A stretch of 64,000 bases of DNA from a virus (Duplodnaviria; Caudoviricetes): the IMG/VR virus record IMGVR_UViG_3300037400_001134, positions 1 through 64,000 of that record; one strand, written 5' to 3'. Positions within the stretch are counted from its first letter, which is position 1. Each line of letters starts with the position of its first letter. Below, piece after piece: positions 1-9,140 of this stretch. The notes under the pieces are model-generated. The model made no database searches. It was not told the DNA's origin and was given only the letters and a program-made list of their open reading frames with translations. A program made the translations under genes and the position numbers.

Positions 1-8
1 TGCAAATT

Positions 9-221
9 ATGTATATAAAGGAGATAATAATGAGTAATTCAAACAACAATTCAACATCAGGTGGAGTAACATTTTTGGGGCTTCTTGCTATAGCATTTAT
101 AGTATTGAAGTTAATGGGTGTGATTAAGTGGTCATGGGTATGGGTATTATGCCCAATATGGATATCGCCACTCATAATTATAGCCATATTAGTTTTTATA
201 ATATTTATATCAAGGAGATGA
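9..221 (+). CDS. Small two-TM membrane protein, hypothetical
   Basis: Hydrophobic segments FLGLLAIAFIVLKL and WVWVLCPIWISPLIIIAILVFIIF. Confidence 0.75.
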   Translation: MYIKEIIMSNSNNNSTSGGVTFLGLLAIAFIVLKLMGVIKWSWVWVLCPIWISPLIIIAILVFIIFISRR

Positions 222-224
222 ATA

Positions 225-446
225 ATGAATGATAACAATTTAAGAATTTCATTTGATTACAAATATCCAGATGACGCCGCACTTGTAGTGTGTAATGTTT
301 CTGGTGGTAGCTATTTTGGAAATCCAGAGCTTCATATAAAGAAAGTCATTACTGGTGAAAAAGCGGTTAAATTATATTCAGAGCTTACTGGTAAATCTGT
401 AGAAGATATTAGAAAAGAAGCTGGATATACTAAGTACGATATGTGA
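225..446 (+). CDS. Hypothetical protein
   Basis: 73-aa ORF in operon context with upstream GGAG. Confidence 0.65.
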   Translation: MNDNNLRISFDYKYPDDAALVVCNVSGGSYFGNPELHIKKVITGEKAVKLYSELTGKSVEDIRKEAGYTKYDM

Positions 447-460
447 TAAGGAGATAAGTA

Positions 461-2437
461 ATGGAAAAGTCATTAGCAGTCAAATATCGTCCCAAGACAT
501 TTGATGATGTAATTGAACAGGACGCAGTAAAGATTATTTTAAAACAGCAGTTAGAAAGTGGTACAATTCATCAAGCTATGTTATTCTGTGGACCATCTGG
601 TGATGGTAAGACAACAACAGCAAGAATATTGGCAAATGAGCTTAATAAAGGATTAGGTAATCCGATTGAGATGGATGCCGCAAGTCATAATGGTGTAGAT
701 GATGTAAGAGATATCATAAAGATGGCGAGTTCAAAGACTATTGATGGAGCTACATATAAAGTATTCATCATTGATGAGTGCATGACAGGTGATACAGAGT
801 TGCTTACAGATAAAGGCTTTGTGAGATTTGATGCTCTTAAAGGAGATGAGCTTGTAGCTCAATATAATAAAGGTGATATTGAGTTTGTTAAGCCGATTAG
901 ATTTATAAAACAACACTACAATGACGAACTTGTTAAATGGAGTCCACGAAATTGGTGTAATGTGCGCATGACAAAGCATCATGTTCAGCCTTTACATTAT
1001 AGTAAGTCTGGTGATATAAAGGAAAAATATATACAGGACGTTAAGTTTAATCAACACAATAATTTAATTGTGTCAGGTAGAGGTATTGGAATAGATAACA
1101 CATTTTCTCCGATTGATAGATTAGCAATAGCTTGTCAGGCAGATTGTGTATTTCAAAACAACAATTCAACAGGCACAAGATGGACAATTCAAGTGAAGAA
1201 GCAGAGAAAGATTGACCGTTTGCTGAAATTGTTTGAAGAAGGAAATGTAAATTTTAGCGAAATTAAGTCAACACGACCTGATGATGCTGAGGTGAGAAGA
1301 TTTGGATTTGATATGCCTGAGAATGTTAGTAAAAGATTTAGTACTTATTTCTCACTAAAAGATATGGGAGCATTTAGAGCAAAGTCGTTTATAGAAGAAT
1401 TACAATATTGGGATGGAAGTAATGGTGGTAACTATATTTATTATGGTTCTATGGTAAAAGAAAATACAGATTTTGTGTCAGCAGTGGCACCACTTGCTGG
1501 ATATAGCGCAAGACAAACAGTTAAGCCAGATAATCGTAGTGAGAACTATAGTGATATTCATGCGGTAAGATTGTACGAGACTCCATATAGTAATTGTCAA
1601 CATATAGGTAAGACAGTTGAATATGAGTCATATGACGGAGAAGTTTACTGTGTTGAAGTGCCTTCACATCAGATAATCATTAGAGCTGAGGGATTTGTGT
1701 TTATGACAGGTAATTGTCATTCACTATCCAACACAGGCTGGCAAGCATTTCTGAAATGTATTGAAGAGCCTCCAGCAAAAGTAGTATTTATCTTTTGTAC
1801 TACGGATCCACAGCGTCTTCCGGCTACAATTTTATCAAGAGTGCAGAGATTTCAGTTTCAGAAAGTAAGTACAAAGGGTATAGCTGATAGGCTTGACTAT
1901 ATTCTTTCACAGGAAATGACAGATAGCATGACTGCTGATAGGGATGCCATTGAATATATAGCCAAACTTGCTGATGGGGGAATGCGACTTGCCATTCAGT
2001 ATTTAGAGAAATGCTTGGCATATAGTGATGACCTCACTACAGAAAATGTGGTGAAAGCTCTTAATGTTACCGATTACTCTGATTTTATGATATTATCGGA
2101 TTTAATATTGTCAGAGAATAAAGCAGAATTGATAAAGAAATTAGATGAAATTTATGCGTCCGGAGTCGATTTTAAGCAGTTTTTAAAGCAGTATATATCA
2201 TTTATATTAGATGTAAATAAAACTCTTATCCTGGACGATTTAAACGAAGCATTTAAGTACATAGACTTGCCTAGAACTAAAGAGATAGAGAAGTGGTTGT
2301 CAGATACATTACAGTTTGCCGTATTAAATACCTATAACAATCTATTACGCCATTTAGTAAAATTAGATGCAGATGTGAAATATAGTCAGAATCCTAAAGT
2401 TGATATCATTTCAGGGTTGTTACTATTTGAGGTATGA
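461..2437 (+). CDS. dnaX: DNA polymerase III gamma/tau clamp-loader subunit, intein-interrupted
   Basis: LAVKYRPKTFDDV N-terminus, Walker A GPSGDGKTT, EMDAASHNGVDDVR, Walker B VFIIDE-CH, FLKCIEEPP, TILSR. Confidence 0.95.
   Translation: MEKSLAVKYRPKTFDDVIEQDAVKIILKQQLESGTIHQAMLFCGPSGDGKTTTARILANELNKGLGNPIEMDAASHNGVDDVRDIIKMASSKTIDGATYKVFIIDECMTGDTELLTDKGFVRFDALKGDELVAQYNKGDIEFVKPIRFIKQHYNDELVKWSPRNWCNVRMTKHHVQPLHYSKSGDIKEKYIQDVKFNQHNNLIVSGRGIGIDNTFSPIDRLAIACQADCVFQNNNSTGTRWTIQVKKQRKIDRLLKLFEEGNVNFSEIKSTRPDDAEVRRFGFDMPENVSKRFSTYFSLKDMGAFRAKSFIEELQYWDGSNGGNYIYYGSMVKENTDFVSAVAPLAGYSARQTVKPDNRSENYSDIHAVRLYETPYSNCQHIGKTVEYESYDGEVYCVEVPSHQIIIRAEGFVFMTGNCHSLSNTGWQAFLKCIEEPPAKVVFIFCTTDPQRLPATILSRVQRFQFQKVSTKGIADRLDYILSQEMTDSMTADRDAIEYIAKLADGGMRLAIQYLEKCLAYSDDLTTENVVKALNVTDYSDFMILSDLILSENKAELIKKLDEIYASGVDFKQFLKQYISFILDVNKTLILDDLNEAFKYIDLPRTKEIEKWLSDTLQFAVLNTYNNLLRHLVKLDADVKYSQNPKVDIISGLLLFEV
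779..1714 (+). mobile_element. Intein (312 aa) with LAGLIDADG-like endonuclease region in dnaX
   Basis: Begins CMTGDTELLT after IIDE and ends VYCVEVPSHQIIIRAEGFVFMTGN before +1 Cys; removal restores IIDE-CHSLS; central QADC and YWDGS blocks. Confidence 0.95.
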
Positions 2438-2466
2438 TACGTCAAAATCAGAAAAGAGGTAGAGAT

Positions 2467-3069
2467 ATGACAAAGAGAGATTTAGTAAAGTGGTTAGAAA
2501 GAAAACAGTCAGAAGCCAAAGAGAAAGCTATAGAAGCTAAAGATAAAAAGATTGCTGAGATTAAAGAGGCATTCTATAAAGAGTTAGGTATTGATGACTT
2601 TGTTGATAAAGTCGTACCTATCTTTGAAAAAGCCTTTGCCGAATACAAAAGTTTTTATGGTAAAGTAAGTAATATAGAAGGAGTGAATATATCAAAATAT
2701 GGCTATAGAAGAGGTTATTATGATATAGAGGCACTCACTGAAAAAAGTAATGTTAGAGATTCCATTATAGAAGTCCTTCGTTATAGTGATACTCCGACAC
2801 AGACAAAGATATATGAGGTGAGTGCAGAGTACAAAAAGGTAGAGAGGGCTTATATCACTGTTATAGAGACCGTAAAGAATCTGCCTACAGCGAAAGATGG
2901 TATTGAATATCTAAAGAAGTTAGGATTTGATATTTCAGAAATTCAGCCAGTAGAGCAGAAGAAACAACTTCCCGCAACCATTAGTGTTAATGTAGATGTT
3001 AAATATCTTTTATTAAATAAGGAGAAAGAAGATGCTGGGACAAGCGAAGCTGATAGCACAGATAGATGA
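2467..3069 (+). CDS. Hypothetical protein
   Basis: ORF track 2434..3069; ATG 2467 follows GAGG. Confidence 0.7.
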   Translation: MTKRDLVKWLERKQSEAKEKAIEAKDKKIAEIKEAFYKELGIDDFVDKVVPIFEKAFAEYKSFYGKVSNIEGVNISKYGYRRGYYDIEALTEKSNVRDSIIEVLRYSDTPTQTKIYEVSAEYKKVERAYITVIETVKNLPTAKDGIEYLKKLGFDISEIQPVEQKKQLPATISVNVDVKYLLLNKEKEDAGTSEADSTDR

Positions 3070-3904
3070 CCTTATAGCAGAAGATAAGTTTCCCCGATTT
3101 TCAATAGTAGTTGGGGAAAGAGGTATGGAACATGAAGATGTTGCCAGATACATAGCTAATAAGTTTCAAGGAGCTGACTACATCCAATTACCAGATGTTA
3201 AAGTAGATACAGTCAGGACTATGATTAAGCAGGCATATTCTTTGCGCCATCTCACCGTTTACTGCATCCCTCATGCAGATGATATGTCGGTTAATGCAAA
3301 GAATGCCCTGCTGAAAGTAGTAGAGGACACACCCAATAAAGCATATTTTGTTATGTGTTTAGAGGACTTGAATAATACTCTGGCTACAATACAGAGCAGA
3401 GGTATTGTATTTCAAATGTATCATCCTAGTGTGGGTGAATTAAAAGATTTTGCCAGAGAGCTTCACGTTAATAAGGACGATATAGATGAAAAAGAGATAG
3501 AGCTTTATGGAGAGCTTTGTAGTACGCCTGGTGATGTTGTTTACTTCACTAAACATAACATCATCAACTTTTATAAGTATGCAGAGTATGTGGCACATAA
3601 TATATGTGAAGTAAGCGGTGCAGAAGTGTTTAAATTTTCAGATAAGCTGGCATTAAAAGATGAGGAAGAAAAATACGATTGCCGACTATTTTTACGAGCA
3701 TTACAATTACAGTTTTGGGAAATGTGTACTTGTGCATTTAAAGGGGTACATGATAGTTCAAAATGTAATTACCTATGTAGTTGTAATATCGCAAGATGTA
3801 TAGGCAGATATATGCAAGATTTGAGAATAAAGGGTATAAATCGTGGGATGCTCATGGATGCTCTTTATTTGGAAATGAGGAAGATATGGAAATCGCAGAC
3901 TTAA
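3032..3904 (+). CDS. holB: DNA polymerase III delta-prime-like clamp-loader subunit
   Basis: IPHADDMSVNAKNALLKVVEDTP and LATIQSRG match delta-prime motifs; degenerate Walker A; sits next to dnaX. Confidence 0.8.
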   Translation: MLGQAKLIAQIDDLIAEDKFPRFSIVVGERGMEHEDVARYIANKFQGADYIQLPDVKVDTVRTMIKQAYSLRHLTVYCIPHADDMSVNAKNALLKVVEDTPNKAYFVMCLEDLNNTLATIQSRGIVFQMYHPSVGELKDFARELHVNKDDIDEKEIELYGELCSTPGDVVYFTKHNIINFYKYAEYVAHNICEVSGAEVFKFSDKLALKDEEEKYDCRLFLRALQLQFWEMCTCAFKGVHDSSKCNYLCSCNIARCIGRYMQDLRIKGINRGMLMDALYLEMRKIWKSQT

Positions 3905-4806
3905 AGAAGCAGATAAAATCAGGTGAGTTTGATAAGACATACATATTCTGTGGTGAAGAGCATACCATTATGAAGATATATCTAAATATGATAGCAGATA
4001 AGGGCGGATATGAGATATCATATGTAGATAGTCTTATGGATTTAATGACAGGTGCAAAGACAAAATCATTAGTTCCAGTACACCATTTATATGTCATAAT
4101 GGATGATAAAGAATATCTCACAAATGAAAAGATGTGGGACAAATTCAAGGGGCTTAAAGATGACGTAGTGGTATTTTATTATACCACTACAGATAAAAGA
4201 TTGAAGTTCTGGAAACAGAATAAAGATAAAGCCGTAGAGTTTGGAAAGCTAGATAATAGGATATTGACAAAATATATCCAGAAAGAAGCACCATTCTTTA
4301 CAGATGATATGTGTGATGAATTGATAACTGCCTGTGAAAATGATTATGGGCGCATCTTATTGGAGATTGATAAGATGAAACATTATTGTAGGGCAGAAAA
4401 AGTAAAGGGAGATAATGTATTTAGAAAGTTTATGGATGAGGGAGTAATATATAGAAATCCACAAGATGCAATATTTGATTTTGTAGCCGCAGTTTTAGAA
4501 AGAAGCCCAGCTAAAGCATACGACTTACTACAACAATCTAAAGCTATCGGAGAAGCTAATCTGACACTCCTATCTGTGCTTTATACTAATATTAAAACAT
4601 TATTACAAGTACAGTCAGGAAAGAGCTGGAAAGAGCTAGGATTAAATGGATTTGCAGTAAAGAATGTAGCACCATTTAAGAATAATTATAGTAATGGCGA
4701 ATTGGTAAATGCTATGAAGATAATACGAGAAGTAGAAACTGGCATAAAGACAGGTAAGATACCTGATGAGTTAGCAGTGGAGTATTTCTTGATACAAGTG
4801 ATTTAA
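3886..4806 (+). CDS. holA: DNA polymerase III delta-like clamp-loader subunit
   Basis: YIFCGEE N-terminus, ENDYGRILLEIDKM, IFDFVAAV, C-terminal ETGIKTG; operon context. Confidence 0.8.
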   Translation: MEIADLKKQIKSGEFDKTYIFCGEEHTIMKIYLNMIADKGGYEISYVDSLMDLMTGAKTKSLVPVHHLYVIMDDKEYLTNEKMWDKFKGLKDDVVVFYYTTTDKRLKFWKQNKDKAVEFGKLDNRILTKYIQKEAPFFTDDMCDELITACENDYGRILLEIDKMKHYCRAEKVKGDNVFRKFMDEGVIYRNPQDAIFDFVAAVLERSPAKAYDLLQQSKAIGEANLTLLSVLYTNIKTLLQVQSGKSWKELGLNGFAVKNVAPFKNNYSNGELVNAMKIIREVETGIKTGKIPDELAVEYFLIQVI

Positions 4807-4826
4807 AAGAGAGAGGAGAATAAAAT

Positions 4827-5108
4827 ATGCTATGTCCAAGTTGTAATGGGAGTATCTCTGTATTAGAGACCATTAACCAGCAGAGAGCTACATACAGACA
4901 GAAGAAATGCGATGTATGTGGTATGAAATTCTACACAAAGGAAGAGGTTGCAAGTGTAGACGAAGCTAAACCATTATTTGATGAATGGATTAGAGAAAGA
5001 AGCCGTAAGTGTAGAGCAAAGAAGAAAGGATTAGAGTATGAGCCGACATTCCAAGATGGTAGAGAACAGCCAGTTATTCCAAAGAAACCAACATCACCTC
5101 TGTTTTAG
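4827..5108 (+). CDS. Zinc-ribbon protein resembling the NrdR N-terminal domain
   Basis: MLCPSC...VLET...YRQKKCDVCGMKFYTKE. Confidence 0.65.
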   Translation: MLCPSCNGSISVLETINQQRATYRQKKCDVCGMKFYTKEEVASVDEAKPLFDEWIRERSRKCRAKKKGLEYEPTFQDGREQPVIPKKPTSPLF

Positions 5109-5211
5109 ATGTGGTCGTAAGCTCAAATCTGAGCAGTCGAAATTATTAGGTATGGGCCCTACTTGTTTTAAGAAGTGGCAGAATGAGCAGAATACCAAAC
5201 CATTGATATAG
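5056..5211 (+). CDS. Small zinc-finger protein (DUF6011-like), absent from the ORF track
   Basis: 51-aa ORF containing CFRCGRKLKSEQSKLLGMGPTCFKKW. Confidence 0.6.
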   Translation: MVENSQLFQRNQHHLCFRCGRKLKSEQSKLLGMGPTCFKKWQNEQNTKPLI

Positions 5212-5220
5212 GAGTGTAAT

Positions 5221-5529
5221 ATGCAAAGAAGACCTAGAAGAAAACTATACCCATATATGTGTCCTTTCTGTGATGAACTGTCTTATCCTAATAGGAGTAG
5301 GCCCCCATTGATACTGCATAATAGGTCCATTACATTATGGACTTGCCCTAATAATCATACATTCTATACATATGAAAGGGTATGTACACATCAAGATTGG
5401 GCTGATAAGGTATTTAACGGTGTAGAACAGTGTTGGAGAAAAGATTCCAATAAGTGGTTAAAAGAGCTAATAAAGAGAAAGTTTGGTGTAGAGGAATATA
5501 ATAATTCATTGGAAGATTATGATGATTGA
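5221..5529 (+). CDS. Zinc-ribbon hypothetical protein
   Basis: CPFC...WTCPNNHTFYTYE. Confidence 0.6.
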   Translation: MQRRPRRKLYPYMCPFCDELSYPNRSRPPLILHNRSITLWTCPNNHTFYTYERVCTHQDWADKVFNGVEQCWRKDSNKWLKELIKRKFGVEEYNNSLEDYDD

Positions 5530-5673
5530 ACCTCTACATATTAAATGCGACAAAATCGACTAGAGAAATCTGGTCGATTTTTTTTGTTTTTACATTCCTG
5601 TTGAATCTATATATAGGATATATTACCTTATACTTACAAACAACAACACAGAGTTCTGAAAGGAGAACACACT

Positions 5674-5886
5674 ATGGTAAAGATTACAAAAAGATGTTTC
5701 TGCTGTGGCAAAGAATCGTCATTGGAAATTACAGAAGAGGTTAATAAAATTTATCAGCAGTATTTACGAGGAGTAGGTTACATTCAAGATATTCCTCTTG
5801 ATGCAGATAAGAGGGAGTTCTTAAAGACTGGTATGTGTGTGCCTTGTCAGGAGATGATTTTTGCAGAGCCTGATGAAGATTTTTGA
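5674..5886 (+). CDS. Cys-motif hypothetical protein
   Basis: CFCCG...CVPC; AGGAG Shine-Dalgarno. Confidence 0.7.
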   Translation: MVKITKRCFCCGKESSLEITEEVNKIYQQYLRGVGYIQDIPLDADKREFLKTGMCVPCQEMIFAEPDEDF

Positions 5887-5887
5887 T

Positions 5888-5944
5888 ATTCCAGTTGATA
5901 AGATAGCATAGTCTGTGCTACCTTATCATTGTGAACAACAACAC
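5888..5944 (+). promoter_or_regulatory. Early promoter/leader cassette P1
   Basis: ATTCCAG-TTGATA-18 nt-(TG)TACCTT-ATCATTGTGAACAACAAC, then GAAAGGAG. Confidence 0.8.
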
Positions 5945-5968
5945 GCTATATGCGAAAGGAGAATTGAG

Positions 5969-6286
5969 ATGGAAATGTTATTTAGTGAAAGAGATTATGA
6001 GCCACTAAAAGAAGGAGAAACATACGAAGGTAAGTTCGTTATTATAGACCCTGCGTTCTTCAAACCCGAGTTCAGAAGTGCCAAGTATCAGTTGTTTTTA
6101 GCACAAGCTGGATTTGGATGTGACCCTAGTAAAATGGGGAATGCTGTGTTTGGCAAAGATTGTGAGGAGACTTATAGACAGGAGAGATACAACATTCTCG
6201 GTGTAGCTACAGATGAAGCCATAGAACAGTGGGAGAAAGTATATGGTATGAGTCGTGAAGTATTTAATAGAAAGGATGAGTATTGA
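5969..6286 (+). CDS. Hypothetical early protein
   Basis: True start ATG 5969 after GAAAGGAG; the track start at 5915 lies inside the promoter. Confidence 0.75.
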   Translation: MEMLFSERDYEPLKEGETYEGKFVIIDPAFFKPEFRSAKYQLFLAQAGFGCDPSKMGNAVFGKDCEETYRQERYNILGVATDEAIEQWEKVYGMSREVFNRKDEY

Positions 6287-6576
6287 TAATGGAAGAGTTT
6301 ACCACTACATTTAAACAGGACTTTGCAATAGCTGATGCATTTGGTGCATCAGCTATCAGAGATACCTATAATAGAGCATTTAATGAGTGGAAAGATGATT
6401 ACAGATATCTTACAGACCTCGCTATTGTATTAAATTATGCTTGCTGGAGATGGTATGAGAGAGGTAATAGTGAACTGAGTATGTTGTATGAGGAATTATT
6501 TTATAAGACACAGGATTATGCCTATGATACATTAAAAGGCGAAGAGTTTGACTATTATTGGAGAATGACTGATTGA
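6283..6576 (+). CDS. Hypothetical early protein
   Basis: ORF overlapping the upstream stop. Confidence 0.75.
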   Translation: MIMEEFTTTFKQDFAIADAFGASAIRDTYNRAFNEWKDDYRYLTDLAIVLNYACWRWYERGNSELSMLYEELFYKTQDYAYDTLKGEEFDYYWRMTD

Positions 6577-6588
6577 AAGGAGAACACC

Positions 6589-6759
6589 ATGAATACCGTA
6601 ATGTTTACAGATAGAAATGGAATAGAAAGAGAAGGTAAAATCCTCAGAGACTATATATCTTTTGAAGGCGAAATACGATATAGTATTGAGGATATCAATA
6701 CCCTTAGAGATTATAGATGTGTTAAGAAAAACGGTAAGTTTGTAGAGCTTGTGGTGTGA
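6589..6759 (+). CDS. Hypothetical early protein (56 aa), absent from the track
   Basis: GAAAGGAG then ATG; MNTVMFTDRNGIEREG...VELVV. Confidence 0.65.
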   Translation: MNTVMFTDRNGIEREGKILRDYISFEGEIRYSIEDINTLRDYRCVKKNGKFVELVV

Positions 6760-6772
6760 AAGGAGAATAAAA

Positions 6773-6940
6773 ATGGGAAGACCATATTCAAGAGATTATG
6801 AGAGCGAGTTATTGGATAAGTTAAGAGAGAATGGCATAACAGATGAGGATTTAGTATCTGTATTCCTGAACTATTTCAGTTCAGATGAAACTTGTGCGGC
6901 ATTGGAAGATGCTTGTGATACATATGATGTGGAATATTGA
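6773..6940 (+). CDS. Acidic hypothetical early protein
   Basis: GAAAGGAG then ATG 6773. Confidence 0.65.
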   Translation: MGRPYSRDYESELLDKLRENGITDEDLVSVFLNYFSSDETCAALEDACDTYDVEY

Positions 6941-6941
6941 T

Positions 6942-6996
6942 ACTCCTATTGTAAGGTAGCATTTTATATGCTACCTTATTTTTGTAAACAACAACA
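6942..6996 (+). promoter_or_regulatory. Early promoter/leader cassette P2 overlapped by a hairpin
   Basis: ACTCCTATTGTAA..TGCTACCTTATTTTTGTAAACAACAAC; inverted repeat AAGGTAGCAT/ATGCTACCTT. Confidence 0.8.
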
Positions 6997-7018
6997 CATA
7001 GAAGTGAAAGGAGAACAT

Positions 7019-7321
7019 ATGAGAAGAGTGGTTTATATTCCAGATGATATCGGTAATAACAGAAAATATGTAATAAAGGAAGAGTATAAAAAGTACGGTG
7101 TTTATGAGGAGATTAGCCCCAGCGGTTATAGAGTACACCAGTCTTGGCTAATACTTACTACCGAAGAGCATAAAATTCAGATACGGTCATTTATGAATCT
7201 ATGCTATGAAGAGGTATTGGATTATATTGATTTGAATGAACGTACTGGCAAATTTGAACTTAGAGCATTCCTTAGAAATGGAGTATTTGTAGTACATAAA
7301 AATGGAGATATGCGGATATGA
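7019..7321 (+). CDS. Hypothetical early protein
   Basis: ATG 7019 after GAAAGGAG. Confidence 0.7.
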   Translation: MRRVVYIPDDIGNNRKYVIKEEYKKYGVYEEISPSGYRVHQSWLILTTEEHKIQIRSFMNLCYEEVLDYIDLNERTGKFELRAFLRNGVFVVHKNGDMRI

Positions 7322-7662
7322 GTGATTTACATACAATGGAACTAAAAGATGGCAGAGTATTTACACCATTGAGTGATTATGATGTGCTTAATGAAATCTA
7401 TGATTATATGGGCAAGGATGTTCACGATTATATTGCCAGTCTCATCTTAGATACCAATGTAGAAAGAGAGATACAGGAGAAGAAGCTAAACTCTGATTTT
7501 AGGGCAATAGAATCAGAGAATGAGAGTTGGCATCAGTTTGTAGATGACCTGTCAGAAGAGGTGGAGCAGTTAAGGGAGAAGATTGAGGATAATAAGCTGA
7601 CAAAGGCTAAAATATCCATAGAACTATATAAAATACATGAAAAGATGAGAAAGGAGCTTTAA
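7318..7662 (+). CDS. Hypothetical early protein (coiled coil)
   Basis: ORF track; ATGA overlap. Confidence 0.7.
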   Translation: MSDLHTMELKDGRVFTPLSDYDVLNEIYDYMGKDVHDYIASLILDTNVEREIQEKKLNSDFRAIESENESWHQFVDDLSEEVEQLREKIEDNKLTKAKISIELYKIHEKMRKEL

Positions 7663-7663
7663 C

Positions 7664-7861
7664 ATGGAAGAATTACAACTTATGATACAGGCATTAGCCG
7701 GTACAATCGAGAATGAGATGGAAGTATTGAGAAAGATGAAGAGGGAGGGCAAAGAAGATACCAAGATGTATGCTCATAAGCTAGGAGAGATATCAGCATA
7801 TGAGGACACACTTAACATGGTGATGTTCAGGATCAACCAGCTTAATAAGAAAGGAGAATGA
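7664..7861 (+). CDS. Hypothetical early protein
   Basis: AAAGGAG Shine-Dalgarno. Confidence 0.7.
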   Translation: MEELQLMIQALAGTIENEMEVLRKMKREGKEDTKMYAHKLGEISAYEDTLNMVMFRINQLNKKGE

Positions 7862-7862
7862 T

Positions 7863-7910
7863 ATGTGGTTTCTGATATTATTTATCCTCTTTTGTGCAAT
7901 TATGCTGTGA
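7863..7910 (+). CDS. 15-aa hydrophobic micropeptide MWFLILFILFCAIML
   Basis: AAAGGAG Shine-Dalgarno directly upstream; fills the gap before P3. Confidence 0.4.
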   Translation: MWFLILFILFCAIML

Positions 7911-7912
7911 AC

Positions 7913-7966
7913 ATTCCTATTGAAGTGTCGTAAATCGTGTGTTACCTTATATTTGTAAACAACAAC
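7913..7966 (+). promoter_or_regulatory. Early promoter/leader cassette P3
   Basis: ATTCCTA-TTGAAG-17 nt-TACCTT-ATATTTGTAAACAACAAC. Confidence 0.82.
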
Positions 7967-7993
7967 AGACACGATTTATGAAAGGAGATACCT

Positions 7994-8236
7994 ATGAATA
8001 AGAAAGAGCAGGAGAAGTACAAAGATGCCAGACCACTTGGAGTGATGTGTCTCAGTAATTGGGGTGGCATAGAAGTTCTCGATATTGAGCATGGAATTGA
8101 TGACCATGTGATATGGAGAGAGAACTACGGTGAACCTAAGAAAGCTCACCGCTCAAAGATAGATTACAAACCCGAAAGACCCTGTTTCAGAGCTGGCAGA
8201 ATGACAGTTCATTTTGATGAGGTGATGAGAGTATGA
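7994..8236 (+). CDS. Hypothetical early protein
   Basis: GAAAGGAG Shine-Dalgarno. Confidence 0.75.
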   Translation: MNKKEQEKYKDARPLGVMCLSNWGGIEVLDIEHGIDDHVIWRENYGEPKKAHRSKIDYKPERPCFRAGRMTVHFDEVMRV

Positions 8237-8451
8237 CCGAATACATTATAGTAGGAGATATAAAGTCTTATAAGGATTGCCTCGTTACAGTAGTACATGG
8301 CAGTAGAAGTGATGCAGAGAAAGTGTTGGAGCGTATGCTTTACGCTCCAACAGATAATGACCTTATTCTTATGAAAGGTCATAAGAATCTGAGAATCAAA
8401 GAGGTAGAAGAAAAAGAACAGTGGTGGAATGACCCATTTTTAGCAACCTGA
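8233..8451 (+). CDS. Hypothetical early protein
   Basis: ORF track; coupled start. Confidence 0.7.
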   Translation: MTEYIIVGDIKSYKDCLVTVVHGSRSDAEKVLERMLYAPTDNDLILMKGHKNLRIKEVEEKEQWWNDPFLAT

Positions 8452-8466
8452 AAGGAGAAAGAGGTT

Positions 8467-8658
8467 ATGAAGTACAGAGTTATTTTCAAGGTAAGTTACA
8501 ATGAGGCATGGTTTGATTTTGACAACATTGAAGATGCTGGAGAGTTTGCAAAGACCATTCTCACACATCAGGCAGAAAGTCCTGATAGTAGGAAGAAGTC
8601 AACAGTAAGGATAGATGTTATAGACCCATCAGCAGAGGAGGAAAATGAAGATGACTAA
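8467..8658 (+). CDS. Hypothetical early protein
   Basis: GAGG Shine-Dalgarno. Confidence 0.7.
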   Translation: MKYRVIFKVSYNEAWFDFDNIEDAGEFAKTILTHQAESPDSRKKSTVRIDVIDPSAEEENEDD

Positions 8659-8821
8659 TCAGGAGTATATATGTTGTATCTGTGGAGAGAAGTTTACAGG
8701 ATGGGGTAATAACCCCTATCCTGTTGTAGATGATGAGACAGCCAGATGCTGTGATATGTGCAATCAGACAAGGGTATTACCAGCAAGATTGGCACAGATG
8801 TTTGGTAAGAAAGGAGAATAA
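8651..8821 (+). CDS. Cys-rich zinc-binding protein (56 aa), absent from the track
   Basis: CCICGEKFTGWGNNPYP...CCDMCNQTRVLPAR. Confidence 0.75.
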   Translation: MTNQEYICCICGEKFTGWGNNPYPVVDDETARCCDMCNQTRVLPARLAQMFGKKGE

Positions 8822-8824
8822 TTG

Positions 8825-9085
8825 ATGGCAGAATATAGTGTAGTAGGAAGTAGTAGTCGTGATAAGCTGGAGAAGATGGTAAAAGATGCGGGATATGTAA
8901 GTATGCGAGAGTTCGCCAGAGATGTAGGTATAAACATCTCTAACATTTACTCAAATCTTAATGGTAGATGGGATATATCCATTAAAAGAATGTTTAAGAT
9001 AGCCAATACTCTGAATGTGCCTATATTACAAGTCATAGAGGTATTTTATCCTGAAGAGTTGTCTGATAATATGGGAAGATTCTGA
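8825..9085 (+). CDS. XRE/Cro-type helix-turn-helix protein
   Basis: SMREFARDVGINISNIYSNLNG...FKIANTLNV. Confidence 0.8.
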   Translation: MAEYSVVGSSSRDKLEKMVKDAGYVSMREFARDVGINISNIYSNLNGRWDISIKRMFKIANTLNVPILQVIEVFYPEELSDNMGRF

Positions 9086-9140
9086 TTCCTGTTGAAATCA
9101 GCTAATGGCAATGTTACCTTATATTTGTAAACAACAACAC
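9085..9140 (+). promoter_or_regulatory. Early promoter/leader cassette P4
   Basis: ATTCCTG-TTGAAA-17 nt-(TG)TACCTT-ATATTTGTAAACAACAACAC. Confidence 0.85.
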
